Assembly (NCBI GenBank): GCA_016748015.1
Contig: JAAOMT010000224.1
Coordinates: 33,899-65,204, forward strand
DNA length: 31,306 nucleotides
Direction: 5' to 3'
From: Geosiphon pyriformis uo1
Taxonomy: Eukaryota; Fungi; Glomeromycota
Under the pieces are notes generated by a model, which was not told the origin of the DNA, made no database searches, and worked only from the letters and a program-made list of their open reading frames with translations. The first letter of the stretch is position 1, and every line of letters starts with the position of its first letter. The translations under genes and the position numbers were made by a program. Shown here piece by piece: positions 10,579 through 23,744 of this stretch.

Positions 10579-13500
10579 CTAAGCACCTATATGAACAGAG
10601 ACTATGTCACAAATACCTGAAAAAAACAAACAAGGTTTGCAAAACCCAAAACCAATATCGACAGCATCAGCAATACCCAACAATCTAACCATGCCAAGAA
10701 AAAACACTATAGAAAAACTGGAGACCAGAACAGAAATAGAACTATTACATGAGATCAGCCCATTCTTTTTCATGAAAGCCCAGTGTTTAGTGCAGACCAG
10801 CCAAATATTATCCCAAAAAGACACACAAAACCCACGTACAAAATCCACAATATTTAAAGCTGCAACCATAGAATCCATAAAAACCGACAATGACTCCTGA
10901 TACCAACCACTGAAAACAAAGCCCTTACACAGAGCTGTACTGACTGCAGCATCTGCAATACAAGTAGACAGCAACTAGAAGACACATGAAAAAGCCCAGA
11001 CCAAACCAGAACGAGCCTTCCAAGCCAACACATAAGCAACAAACAACTGAGCACGACCAGCAGCATCAAATAGACAAGAAAAAATATGGTCTGAGACCTC
11101 AATGTCACCACAAAACAAGCACACCACACTGGCATAACACCTATCATACAAATACTTCCATATAGCAACAAGAAGCCGATGATGAAGAGCATTTATAAAG
11201 TAAGTCTATAAGTTAGCAGTATGTCTACTAGTGAAACCTAAAGCCAAATGAGAATCCAGATGCCACACCAAAGAGAATTACAACCAATCAATATCAGCAT
11301 ACAAACTGACTGGAACAATCCATGAACCAGAACCAATCTCCCAGCACACACGATAGACTAACCAGAAAACATCATAAACAAAATGCTTAGAATTACCAGA
11401 AACTGCAGCACCACCAGCCTTTAAAAACCTCTCACTGACCAAATGGGACAGGCACTAGGCAGAAAGAGTAGCATCTTTAGCAAGCACATCAGCACGCTTA
11501 TTGTCCAAAATGCCTGAATGATTTTTAATCTTAATCCAATTCACATCTAAATTTTTCTGATGAATAACATTGGTGATGTGATAATGCTCAATTCAGCAAC
11601 AATTTCTGAAGTCCAGACCAACCAACAAAGACTCCGACCTATACACATCTAAAGCTGCCTGGCTGTCTGAGAACAGGTCAACTAAGCAAAAAGGAGGAAT
11701 ACACTTCAGAGCCAGAGCAATAGCCTGTAATTCCATTAAAGTAGAAAAGACCAAACTAGACACATTCACACCCAAACCTGAATTAATGTTTTCAAAAAAA
11801 ACAGCAGCACCAGCCTTCATGTCAACAGTATCCAAATTACACAGAGACCCATTTGTATACACAGAAAGACAGTCAGTACCAGCATTCAACAGATCATTAT
11901 AAACAACACCAAAACCAAAAGATTAACGAACATCAGGAGGGTCAAAAAATTCCATATGCAAAGAGCAAATGGAAGAAAAAATAACATCATCAAGAAAACA
12001 AACAGACAAGTCAAACCAGAAGGGAACTAGGCCACGGGAGTCCAGTCTCTTCCAATACTTAAAGGTTTTCCAGGCAAAAACAACACCATTCCAGTCATAG
12101 AGCTATTCTACAAAGACGATATCATAACACTTGAGGGAAGACACACATTTAAAAAAAACCTTCTCACCAAGAACACAGAACATTGGGATACTACCTTGAA
12201 GATGAAAAGCATCAGCCAGAGAGCCATCCAAAAATAAATTACACCCAGAAAAAATACGAACCGCACCTGCCAAAAAGTTATTTGAAGGGCTAATACTAGC
12301 ATAAACTGGAAACAACAAAGAGTGACAAGGACGCCAGCTAAGGACCTGTAGGTCATGAGAAAACAGATGGCCCAAAACACCAGCAGAATTTGCAAAAGCA
12401 ACAACAGATGCCAATTTGCTCTCAGCCTGAACCTGTTCAAAAGTCTTTAAATTGTACAGAGAAGGATAATGAAGTGCATCATTGGGAAAGTCGAGCAGAA
12501 GCCCAGATTTAGATTTCAAACCTTTGCGGATCAAAGCATCTCATTTATTACACACACTGACTGGAACAAAACTGAATTGAGTCCTATAGCCAACGATAGG
12601 AAAGAGAACTGAAGATACTAAATAAGCAAACTGCTTATCTAAAATTGTCTTTTTCAAAACAAGATTAACAAAAAACCAAATGTCCGAATGTGCCTTAGCC
12701 AAGCTGGGCCTCAAAAGATCTTCAGAAGACAAAAATATGCCCAGATAATGATGAGGTTCCTCCTTTTTGGCAATGGAGATAGGCAAGCCACTGACAGTCA
12801 AAACTGGATTAACAACCCAACAGTTAATGGGAATAGCCACAGTTTTGTTATTGTTAATTGAAATGTTATTAAACCTAAAAAATTCACTAGCAATGTCAAA
12901 AATATATTGAGTAGCAGCCTGGCTGCTACCAACCCAAATCATATCATCAACAAAAGCACCAGCAGCCAGAAACGAAGTTAGCCCACTCTGAGATTCCACA
13001 TGGCCAGTTTTGGAGACAAAATAAGAAATCAAACAGTAATCACATACACTTTCCTGCCTTCTGACCTCACACAAGAGCGAATCATAAAATATGTGCCAAA
13101 AAAGTGGCAAAAAAACCTCCCTTTGATCCAAACCATTGTGAACATGGTAACTGTTAGTCAACCCAAAATCTGTTATCACTCTGTTAACACGACCATTGTG
13201 GATGAAACCAAAGAACCTAATGAACTTATTACACATTTTAATCCTGACCAAGCTCCTCCTAAGATGCTCCCAACCAACAGAGTCATAAGCTTTCCACATG
13301 TCCTGCAACACCAGCCACAGCTCTCAGTTTTTCTTCAGGACATCTTCGACCACAGAACTGATGGCAAAAATAAGCAACTGAGTAGTTGTTCCCTTCAAGA
13401 CAGAGAAATTGTCCCTATGGAGTACATCAAAAGAGCTACAAACCAAAGAGATCTGGTCTGAAAGAATCTTAGAAAGAATCTTGTGAGCAGTTTCAATTAA

Positions 13501-15258
13501 AGCAATAGGTTGAGTATTCGTGAGAATGCCCTTCCACTTATAGGGTTTAGGAATCATTAAAACACAAGCTTCTCTCTAAGGTCCAGGTACTGACTCACAA
13601 ATCAAGCAAAAATTTAAGAACACTAAAAGCATATGCAAAACTGACTTGTCACAATGCTTCCAAAGTTCATTAGTAATACCAGAAAGACCAGCCACTTTCC
13701 CATCAGGCAAATTTGAAACAACACCAAACATTTCCTTAAAACTGATTAAACACATTACATTGGAAAAAGTGCCATCGAAAACGTACTCCAAAGGCTGAAA
13801 TTGGCACACCCAAATGTCAGAAATATTAGAAACAACCACATGCTTCTGAGTCCAACCTTCCATAATCACATCTACCTTAAACTTAACTAACTTAGGCTCC
13901 AAGACCAGCTCCTCCCCCACAATTAGATGATCCAACACCACTTTGCAAAAGAGACACTCCAAAACATTCCTGATAGTATGACCCTTGTTCATCTCAAAAC
14001 TCTTTATTCTCCTTTCGACAGCTTGCCTTATATGAGATTCTTTAGTGCGTTTAGATTCTATCAACTTAGAAGAGCGGTAAAACTTCCTTGCCTTAGACAG
14101 CTCAAAACAAATTGCATCAAAACCAAAGTCAGAAAGAAAAAAAGACTTTACTAACAAAGCACCCATTGAATCAAGCCTGTCCCAAGTATCCAGCAATGAA
14201 GCAAAATTCCCACCAGAAACCAAATGAGAAGATTTTACCAGATTAGACACAAGTAGCTCAAGTTTATGAAACCTGGAAGACACCTTATTAAAAACACTAT
14301 CAAAACCCTTAAACCACTTCTTTCTAAACATTCCCTCTGCTGAGAAAACAATAGTCTTACAAACAGTGTCCCACATTGCATCCAAATCCAAAAACTGTTT
14401 AGTTGTGACAAACTTATCCAAGAACATAGAAGCATTGTCAGCCGTAGTGACCCTGAAATTGGACCACTTAATCTCATTGGCACTTTTGACATCATACTTT
14501 TAACAATTCTTATTTGTTTGCTTGCATAATAAATTCAACTGAACATCAAGGAGACCACCCAAGCCCACAGAAACAGAAACGGCCTTGTGATCAGTGTCAA
14601 AAAATTCCTCAACACCAACCACACCATGATCCACCAAAGCACCAACCAAATCAGAAGAGACGAAAACATAATCAATTGTTTTAGCAATATCATGAGAGTT
14701 GCACCAGGTTGGTGTTTTCACAAAAGGGCTTCCATTTAAAGAGTTAACCAAACCCAAATCAAAACATCTTTTGAAGCTGGCACACTTATGAGAGCCATTT
14801 TTGTTGAAATCGCCACCAAGGATGACAAAAAAAGATTTATTCACAGTTATTGCAATCAAAAAATTGACCTTATCAGCTTGGGAGAACTGAGCAGTCGAGG
14901 AGGCACCAGCATAAAGCCCCAGAACAGAAACTGAAAGTTTGTTTTTAAAGAGTAATCTAATACAAAAGAGGTGACCTGGAACCTCAGAAATCTTACTGAT
15001 ATGCTTAGCTAAAAAATTGTCTATAATGACCACAACACCAGCACCAACGTAGCCAGAGTTCAATCCAGAAAAGAAAACATGAACACCATCAAATTTGCTA
15101 GCCAGCCAAGGACAGACCTTATCTTTTAACTTTGTTTCCATGAAAATGGAAACCAAATTGCCAGAATTCTTGTGCCAACATATAATGTCTTCCTGTTTCA
15201 CCAAATTGTTCATACCCTTCACATTACACATGAAGATCCTCCAAACTAAACTGGTCAT
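10579..15258 (-). pseudogene. LINE ORF2: AP endonuclease, reverse transcriptase, RNase H, C-terminal CCHC
   Basis: CNVKG, ETKL, GGDFN, IDYVF, TDH (APE); PIALIE, QDMWKAYDSV, GLDQ, AFVDD, YLG (RT); VYTNGS, ELQAI, SDSQ, WIKIKNHSG (RNase H); CLFCGDIEVSDHIFSC (~11075-11125). Broken by point-mutation stops. Confidence 0.93.
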
Positions 15259-17093
15259 TAGGACAAATGAGGTAGAGACAAACCTAAACCAGAACACAAA
15301 AGATCCAATCTTGCCAGAATCAAACTGAATGAAGCTTTCAGACTAGACATTTTGGATTCCAAACCACCCAATTTGGAGGTAAGAACCTTTGAACCACTTG
15401 AATTAAGAACAGCAGCAAAATCATTATCACCAGAAAGAAAGGGAGCAAACGAGGCCAACACATCATTCAGAGCCATATCTGAGTCCACAACTGGAGCCAA
15501 ATGCACAAAAACAGCCAAAGAGGGAGCACAAGAAGAAAACACTAATGGCACCAACTCAAAAGAACTCAATTTTCTGAGAATAACAGACACCTGATCAGAG
15601 AGAATTTCCATAAATTATTTCAACACTGTCAAATGATTACCTAAGCCATTGACTTGATGATGAGAAGAACCAAATGATGAAGATGCATCATCAGAAAGCA
15701 ACCCAGAGCCAGAAGGGGAGACAAAGAACACTACTTGAGCCCATAATTTACCACCAAAGGCAGTTGGACAAGAAATAGGAACATTTTTTCTGGTGTACAA
15801 TTTGGTTAGCTGAAGGCGGAATGCACCAAAAGAAGGTCTTTTCGTCAAATTGGAAGACACAGAAGGTGATACATCAGAGGCATTGCGCTTGAGAGCCAAA
15901 TGTCTAAAATGCCCACATCTATCACACCAAACCAGCTCCAATCTAGCCCACAACAATCGAACACCACCAAAAATTGGCTCAGTATGAAAAGCAGACTCCA
16001 ACATTTCATCAGATTCAAAGCACACCACAGCACAGTAGAACCAATTACCAGTCTCCAATAATCTATTAATGACACAAGTTTTCCCTCTAGCCCCATCCAA
16101 AAGCATACCAAGATCATGTGCAGTAGTGCCCACAGACAAAATAAACAACAGCACTCTAAACCAATCCTTAGAAGCCCATGTATCATGATCTTCCACAGCC
16201 ATAGCCACATGAACCAAATCTTTCCCAATTAGAAATGACCATCTTGAAGCCAATTGCACAGCCTGGTCTGAATTGGCGAATTCCACCACAGTCTTTTGCC
16301 ACATATCAACCAACTGAATTTTGATTGACTTAATTATTCCAAACTCAGAGACTGCAGTAATAATCATGTCTTTAGGCATATCTATGGGAATTTCTTTGAT
16401 CACCACAGCCTAATCTGAATGAAGCTCTTGTTTCCTCACATTGTTGTTTACAATGATCCCTTCTTTTTCGGCCAATGATGCAGCTTTCCTCAGAAGTAAA
16501 TGTTGATCAGATGATTTCTTCAAATTTTGAGGAGGTAGTGGCCCCCCAAAACCATTGATTTTTGAAAAATATTTTCTGATTAATTGAGTTTTCGCCGTTG
16601 CCAATTTGTCTTCAACAGTTGAAAGATTGATATCCAAGGCAAAAGATTTTTTAACAGGCATTTTCACTTGAGTTTTGATGATAATAGGATTGACCCATTT
16701 GCTATCAGAAAAGATTTTCTTTATTGGAAGTGGAAGAGGTTTTACCTCTTTATCCATGGCAAAGTTGGGGGAACTGAGGGGGGAGCCAAAATCCATGCCA
16801 ATACTTAATCTATTTGCCCTTGGAGTATTAACAGCTGAACTCAAAAGAGAGCCATTACCACCACTAGATATATCAACGTCATTTTCATCACCAGATAAGC
16901 TTTCTACATCAGAAAAAGCACTATTACCAGAACCAGACTTCAGAGAGATGTCCCACTCATCGCCAGAATGTTTGACATTCCCAAGAATGACTTTCTTTTT
17001 TTGAGTAAAGAAACCACCAGCAGGACCATGAAAAGCATCTTTAGGCGCCTTTTTCTTTGACATACTGCCATTAGAAGCAGTCTCCGAATCCAT
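15258..17093 (-). pseudogene. LINE ORF1 (RRM-like region plus degenerate CCHC zinc knuckle)
   Basis: Contiguous ORFs 16410-17093, 15615-16406 and 15258-15611; VIKEIPIDM..SEFG.IKSIKIQL (RRM-like); CDRCGHFRHLALKR knuckle. Confidence 0.85.
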
Positions 17094-17229
17094 AACAAAA
17101 GAATTATTAGTTAAAGAAATGTTGATATAATACTAACAAGAAAAAAACAAAAACTTCTTTTTCAGAAAATAACTTGTTGGGGTTTTTGGAGGTAAGAGAG
17201 AAAGAAGTTTCCTAGTTTAAAACAGTTTT

Positions 17230-17310
17230 TTATTTTGTTACTAGTTATTTTGCTGTTATTACTAGTTATTTTGTTGCTGTAATTTGTTTTATTGCTAATT
17301 ATTATTATTT
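17230..17310 (+). repeat. Low-complexity minisatellite, right remnant
   Basis: ttattttgttactagttattttgctgttattactagttattttgttgctg: the same unit resumes immediately after the LINE 5' end. Confidence 0.75.
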
Positions 17311-17974
17311 TTGATTTTCTGTTAAATTAGCTTTTTATTAATTGGTTTTATATTCAAGTCATTAAAAAAATTTTTTTCTTGTATAATTAATTGTTTAAAA
17401 AAAATTCAAAAAGAAAATAATTTATGTAAAGTTTTTTGTTTAAATATTTTTTAATAAAATAAAAAACCAATAACTACAAAAACTTTTGTGTTTATTATAT
17501 TTAAACATAAAAATAAATTAATAATTGTTTAAATAATTCAATTAATATAAAAATAATATTTTTCACATATTACTTAATATAAACTATACAACTAATTATT
17601 AGTTTTTTTATTTCCTATTTATTTTAAAAGTTTTTGTTAAAATATATTATTTGCTTATTTAATTAATTTTTAAAATTAAGAATATTTTGGATATCTATTT
17701 ATAATATAAGTAGTTGGCTATATTTCTATTAATTTTTTGATTATTTTAGCTTTAAATTCTTTTTTATTATTAATTTAAAAGATAGTTAGAAATTTAAATA
17801 TAATAAAAAGTTGAAAAAAAAGCTTGCTACTTTTTTTGCTTCTTAAAAAAAAAAGAATTGTAATCCAAAAAAATTGTAAAATAATTCCAAACATAATAAA
17901 TATATTTGTAAGAATTATTTGGTTAATTGTATATATTAACCAAATTTACTTATAAATAATACATAAAATCTTTT

Positions 17975-20900
17975 AAAAAAAAATTCTTTCTCTTTTATTT
18001 CCAATAAATTCTTAAAAAGCACATTTTTTAAAAAGAAGTTTTCTGTTTTTTTTGTTAATTTATATCAATATTTCTTTACCTAATAACTCATTTTTTGTAA
18101 ATTTAGAGACTACTACAAGTAGCATCATGTCTAAAAAAAAGACACCCAAAAGTGTTTTTTATGGTTCTGCTGGTGGTTTTTTTTTAGAAAAAAAAAGTTA
18201 TTTTTGGAAATATCAAACACTTTAGTAATAAGAAGTTTATCTCTTTGAGTAAATTTGGGTCTGATAATAGCATATATTCTGATGTAGATAGTCTGTCTGG
18301 TAATGATAAAGATACTTGCATATTTGTTGTATATAGTGAGTTTTTTTTGGACTCAGCTGTTATCACTTCTAAGGCAAAACATGTCAACACTAGTGTTGTT
18401 TTTGCTTTCTGCTCAGTTTTTCCAATTTTAATATGGATGATGATGAAGTTGTTTTCTCTCTTTATTTGTCTATCTCTTTAAACAAAAAATAAATTGATCC
18501 AAAAATAATCAAAACTTCAGTGGAAGTGTTAGTTAAGAAATCATTTGCTTTGGATATTAATCTTTTAGTAATAGAGAGCAAATTTGCCACAGCTAAAATC
18601 CAAGTTATCAGAAAATTGTTTTTATTAATCAATGGTTTTGGGGAAGTTGCTACTCCCTCAAAATTTAAAAAGATCATTCAATCTACCTTTACTTTAGAGA
18701 AAAACATGGAAATAGCTGTTTTATTGGCTAGAAAAAAGGAGATTGACATAAACAGTAATTTTAAGAGACAAGGAATAAGGTCAAATCAGACTGTAATAAT
18801 CAAAAAAATTTCTATGAACATGTTTAAAGATATGATTATTGCCACAATATTTGAATTTGGGAAGATTAAGTCAATTAAAATTCAATTAATTGGAATATGA
18901 CAGAAGGTTGTAGTAGAATTTGTCAAATCAGATCAAGCTGATCAATTGGTCTTAAGATAATTATTTCTAATTGAAAAAGATTCTGTGTATATAGCCAAAA
19001 CTGTAAGAATTATGAAATTTGGACATCTAGGAATCAATTTAGAGTACTTTTGTTTACCTTGCCAATGAGAATAACAGCACATAATTTTAGAACATTTTTA
19101 AAAAAAGCTGGTGAGAAAACTTGCATTATAATAAATCTATAGAAACTGGTAGTAGAATTTGCTGTGTTGTGGTTGGCTTTAACTTTAAAAAGAATTTGAA
19201 ATCTGTTTTTCACATGAAACCAATTTTTAGTGGAATAAAACTCTTCTGAGCTAAGATAGATTTAGTTTATTATAAAAAGTGTGAGCATTTTGAACATTCA
19301 GTTCTTAAATATAATGCATCAAATGTATCTATGCTGCTATTATTAAAGAAGTCTTATAAAAAAGTTGTTTCTGAGAAAGATTGCTTTCAGCTCATCAAGT
19401 TGTATAAGAAGAAGTGTGTTCTGATCTTTTGCTCTGCTGTTTTTGGTGGCAAATTTTGGGCCCAAATAGTCTCACTTGCTGATTTTTCTGGTAGTACTCA
19501 CTTTAATTCTGGTCCTGGTTTCTTTCTTTCTAGTGTTTCAGGTTTGGATGGTACTTTTTTTTTATCTCTGTTGATAACTCACTCTTGAATACTCATTTGG
19601 CCTTCTTGGAACACTTTTTGAAACTTTTAACAGATCAGGTTTCTGGTATTGTGTACAAGCTTTACAATTTGGAATTGGTGTCTCTGGCTTCCATCTTTTT
19701 CTCCCATGTCTTGATTACTCCAATGGCTGCCGATTTGGATTTGGATTCAACTATAATTTTAGATAGTTCTATGCTGGTGCCTTTGCCTCTTTTTTTTATT
19801 GTCTTTGATGTCTCAGTTCTGGATCCAAGTAGTTTGAAAGTGCTGACTACTAAGGTGGACTGTTTAGAGTTTAAGTTGGTGGCTTTTAAAGTTTTTATTG
19901 GTTCAGTTTTAATGAAGTTAAATTAGTTGTATACTGGATCTGGTTTTCAGGTGTCTTCTTTTTTTCAATAAGTAGTTTGGTTTGAAAAATTGCTACATAC
20001 AATATTTATGGTATCAATGTGTCAGCTAAGCAAGAAGATATTGTGCATTAGCACATAGACTTTGGTAATATGATTTCAATAATTATAAAAACAAAATTGA
20101 GATCTAGTATTAGGCCATGAATTATAAACAAGTTTGATAATATACAAGTATTTACATTTGGTTTGGATAAGAATTTTCTTGGTATTAAAGTAGCAATTAT
20201 TATGAACAATTTTCTGGCTCAACATGTTTCTAAGATTGAAAAAATGTCTAACCATGTCATTTCAGTTTAGTTTTTTTTTAAAAACAAGCTTTTAGTTATA
20301 ATTTTGGGCTTGTATGCTGGTGCTTTTACTGGAACTAGGTTTGGTCAGGCAGTTAAGATTAATTTTTTTTATTGCAAGAATAGTTAACACCAGCATTTTT
20401 ATAGTCTTGAATGGGAATTTTAATGAGAATGATTTTAAAAAGAGTGTGAGCTTTTGTTTTTGTTTAGATCTGAGTTTGATTAATTTGCTTAAAAACCATT
20501 ATTTGGCCAAGACTTTTATATAGAGCAATTTAAAGAGAGTCAAAAAGATTATTGATTACATTTTTGTTAATAAGTATCTATTGTCAACAATTGTTAGTCA
20601 TAAAGTTGTTTCTGCTTCTGATTTTTTCGATACTGATTACAAGACTGTTATGGTGTCAGTTGGTCTGAATGGACTTTTAAATTTTCATTTAAATAGTTTG
20701 TGTAAACAAGCTAATAGAGATTGTTAGAAGTTTAAAATTGCTAGTATGAATACTTCCAAATAGACTCATTTCAAAAAGTGTGTTTCTGTTAAGTTTTTTT
20801 CTGTAATTAGTGAGTTTTTATTTGCAAATGCTAGTAAAGATCTTAATACTATGTGGAATTTGCTAAAGAAAGTGATGGTGAATTCAGCTAATAATGTTTT

Positions 20901-22445
20901 TTCTAAACATTGGTTTTACAATATTAAATGTTCTGTTAACAAACAATTTTCTAAGTTTTTCAAGCTAGAACTGCTAGTTGTCAAAGTGGTTAAGTTTCTT
21001 CAATCTGGTAATTTTTTTAGAATTGACTCACTTCTTGGTACTTGGTTAATTGCTAATAATGTTAAGACTCTTGAAATTCAAAACATATTAAATAATAACA
21101 CTAGCAGCATGGACATTTTTAGTTGCTTGTTTAAGATCAGAAAAAGTTATTATTGTTCCAAGATACATGAATTTAAGACTGCTAAGTCTGTTGCTATTAG
21201 ATGTATTATTGATAAGAGAATAGAAAATTTTTGCTCAGACAAAAGCTGTATAATCAAGAGTATATTGGATAAGTCATTTTGTAAAGTTGTTTTTGACTAT
21301 TTAATTGTTGATAATGAGCTGGTTTTGAATTCTGATAATATTAAATCTAAGATTAATGTTATAATGAAAAGATAGATCAGAAAAAATTTAGTTTTTAGAT
21401 CTTTGCTTGATCTTTGGGCCTGTTAGTATGCTCTTTTGCAGCATGTAAATAACAATACTTTCTTTGGTATTATGAACATTATCAGTTTTAGTGAGTTAGT
21501 TTAAGTTGTCAAACATTTGTCTAATAAGAAAACTACTAGTTTTAGTAGAATTCCTAATAAATTGTGAAAAAATTGTGATGACAACATTCTCAGAAGTTTT
21601 TTGGACTTTTTAAATTTGTGCTTGAAGTTGGATGCTGTTCCAATTTTATGGAAAAAAGCATAAGTTTCAATAATACTCAAACCTTATAAATAGAATGACA
21701 TTTTGACAAATATTTGTCCTATTGCTCTGGTTGAAACTATTCATAAAATTCTTTTTAAAATTCTTTCAGATCAGATCTTTTTTATCTGCAGTAAATTTGG
21801 TGTTTTCTGTGAAGATAACTTCTTTGTTTTAAAGGATACTTTGATGCAGTCTCCTATTTTTGCAGTTGGTTTGGTGATTAAAGATGTTTTGGAAAAAGGC
21901 AGAAAAGTTTGGTTGATGTTGCAGAATATGCACAAAATATATAATTTGGTTGGTTGGTATTATTTGAGAGCTAGTTTGCAGTATATTAAAATATGTGAGA
22001 GATTCATTAAGTTTTTTGGTGGAATTCATAAGGATAGGTTGAACAGAGTTATGACAGATTTTGGTTTTTTAGATAAATATTGGGTGCTCAATGGTCTTGA
22101 TTAAGATGAAGTGTTTTCTTCTCTTCTTTAACAAATTTTTTATGACCATCTTTTATGCAAAGTCAAAAGACAGATGTGTATGTAATTACTGGATTGATAC
22201 CAAGTTTGTGGCCAAGACAGAAAAAATTGATAATATGGATAGAGTGACTTCTTTTTTCATGACTGGGGCTTTTGTGGATGATACTATTTGGATTGGAAAT
22301 AGCCAAACTGCTACACAATTTATATTAGACATTGCTAATAAATTTTTCTCAATTAATAACATTTTAATCAATAACAACAAAATGATTGCCATTCTTATCA
22401 ATAGAAGAGTTAAGAATACTGCTCTTAGGATTAGTGGGTCTCCTA
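17975..22445 (+). mobile_element. LINE copy 2 (same family, older and heavily mutated), 3'-truncated inside RT
   Basis: 5'UTR homologous to copies 1 and 3; ORF1 ~18100-19971 (MSKKKTPK, VKKSFALDINL); ORF2 19968-22445 (GNFN, IDYIF, PIALVE, AFVDDT), ending at ..ISGSP. Confidence 0.9.
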
Positions 22446-23340
22446 CTTAATTTCTCCAAATTCGGATACTGCAGCGACAATCATATCCTTTAGCATGTCC
22501 ATGGAAATTTTTTTTGACACCACAGCCCGATTTGAATGCATTCCTTGTTTTTTGAGATCGGTGTTTACGACGATTCCTTTTTCTCTGGCCAATAATACAG
22601 CCACTTCTATGCTTTTTTCTGAAGTAAATGTCAATCAGATGATCCCTTCAAACTTTGAGAAGATAGTGGCCCTCCCAAAACCATTGACCAAAGAAAAAAT
22701 TTTCCTGATTACTTGAGTTTTTGCCATTGCCGATTTGCCTTCCACTGCCAAAAAATTAATATCCAAAGCAAATGATTTCTTAACTGATACTTCCACAGAA
22801 ATTTTGACAATCTTTGGGTCCACCTATTTTCTATCCAGAGAGATAGGTACACGAGAAGGGAGAACAACTTCAACATCATTTATTGTAAAGTTGGGAGATT
22901 TAAGTGGGGATCCAAATACAGCACCAGTGTCGACATGCTTTGCTTTAGGAGTATTAGCAGCTGAACTGAGAGGAGACCCACCATAGAAACCAGACATACT
23001 GGCATCATCATTATTACTGGAAAGACTGTCCACATCAGAAAGCACATTGCCACCAGAACCAGACTTGTTCAAAGAGATATCTTTTTCATCACCCGAGTGT
23101 TTGACATTCCCAATCACAACTTTTTTCTTTTGCGAAAATGAACCACCAGCAGGACCATGGAGAGCACCTCTAGGAGCCTTCTTTTTAGACATACTGCCAC
23201 CAGTGGCAGTCTCCAAATCCACAACAAAGGGGTTATTAGTTAAAAAAATGATGAAATGAACTAACAAAAGAAATTAAAAACTTTTTTTTCAAAAAATGCA
23301 CTTTTTAAGGATTTTTGGAGGTAAGAGAGAAAAAAGTTTT
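22445..23340 (-). mobile_element. LINE copy 3: 5'UTR and first ~260 codons of ORF1 only, lightly mutated
   Basis: ORFs 22824-23267, 22635-22823 and 22443-22634 match copy 1 ORF1 (MSKKKAP..HGPAGG..GNVKHSGDE; SEFGEIK); breaks at the junction with copy 2. Confidence 0.9.
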
Positions 23341-23346
23341 TTATCT

Positions 23347-23744
23347 TATATTATAACTTAGGATAGTGCAAAATAATATATTATAATGTAGAACAACACA
23401 AAATAATATGTAATAACACCAGATAATGTGTTATAATATAAGATAACTAGTAATAACATAGAAGAATAAAGCAATAACAGAAATAATAAAGCAATAGTTA
23501 ACAATAACAAAACAATTAGAAGCAATTCTATAAAACCAAAAGAATGTATAAAAGCAAGTAGTTGTAAAAGATAAAAACAGACAGATAAATAGATACAAAC
23601 TACTAGACAAGAATTAAATATTTATACCCCTTTATTATTTATATTCTATATTCCTCTTCTAAAATAAATTAATTATTAAGAAATCAGAATCACAAATTTA
23701 TATTCTCAAACTTTGTAGAATTTACATGGATTAACTATTGTTTT
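23347..23744 (+). repeat. Partial LTR (~400 bp), inverted relative to the LTR at 26042-27026
   Basis: Aligns to the reverse complement of ~26578-26975 (e.g. ttataacttaggatagt, actagacaagaattaaatat, attattaagaaatcagaatcac, ttctcaaactttgta). Confidence 0.9.

Larger units (their letters stand above)
10448..17229 (-). mobile_element. Full-length non-LTR retrotransposon (LINE, APE-RT-RNase H type), copy 1, inactivated
   Basis: T8 tract at 10448-10455 (poly-A tail on minus); ORF2 and ORF1 remnants; 5'UTR shared with copies 2 and 3 (ttttggaggtaagagagaaa); candidate 11-bp TSD ttattttgtta at 10437-10447 and 17230-17240 (low complexity). Confidence 0.92.

Noticed and set aside
10604-17004. Plus-strand ORFs within LINE 1 (10604, 13000, 13927, 15095, 15352, 16675) and analogous antisense ORFs in copies 2 and 3
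   Set aside because: Antisense shadows of LINE coding sequence with no recognisable motifs.
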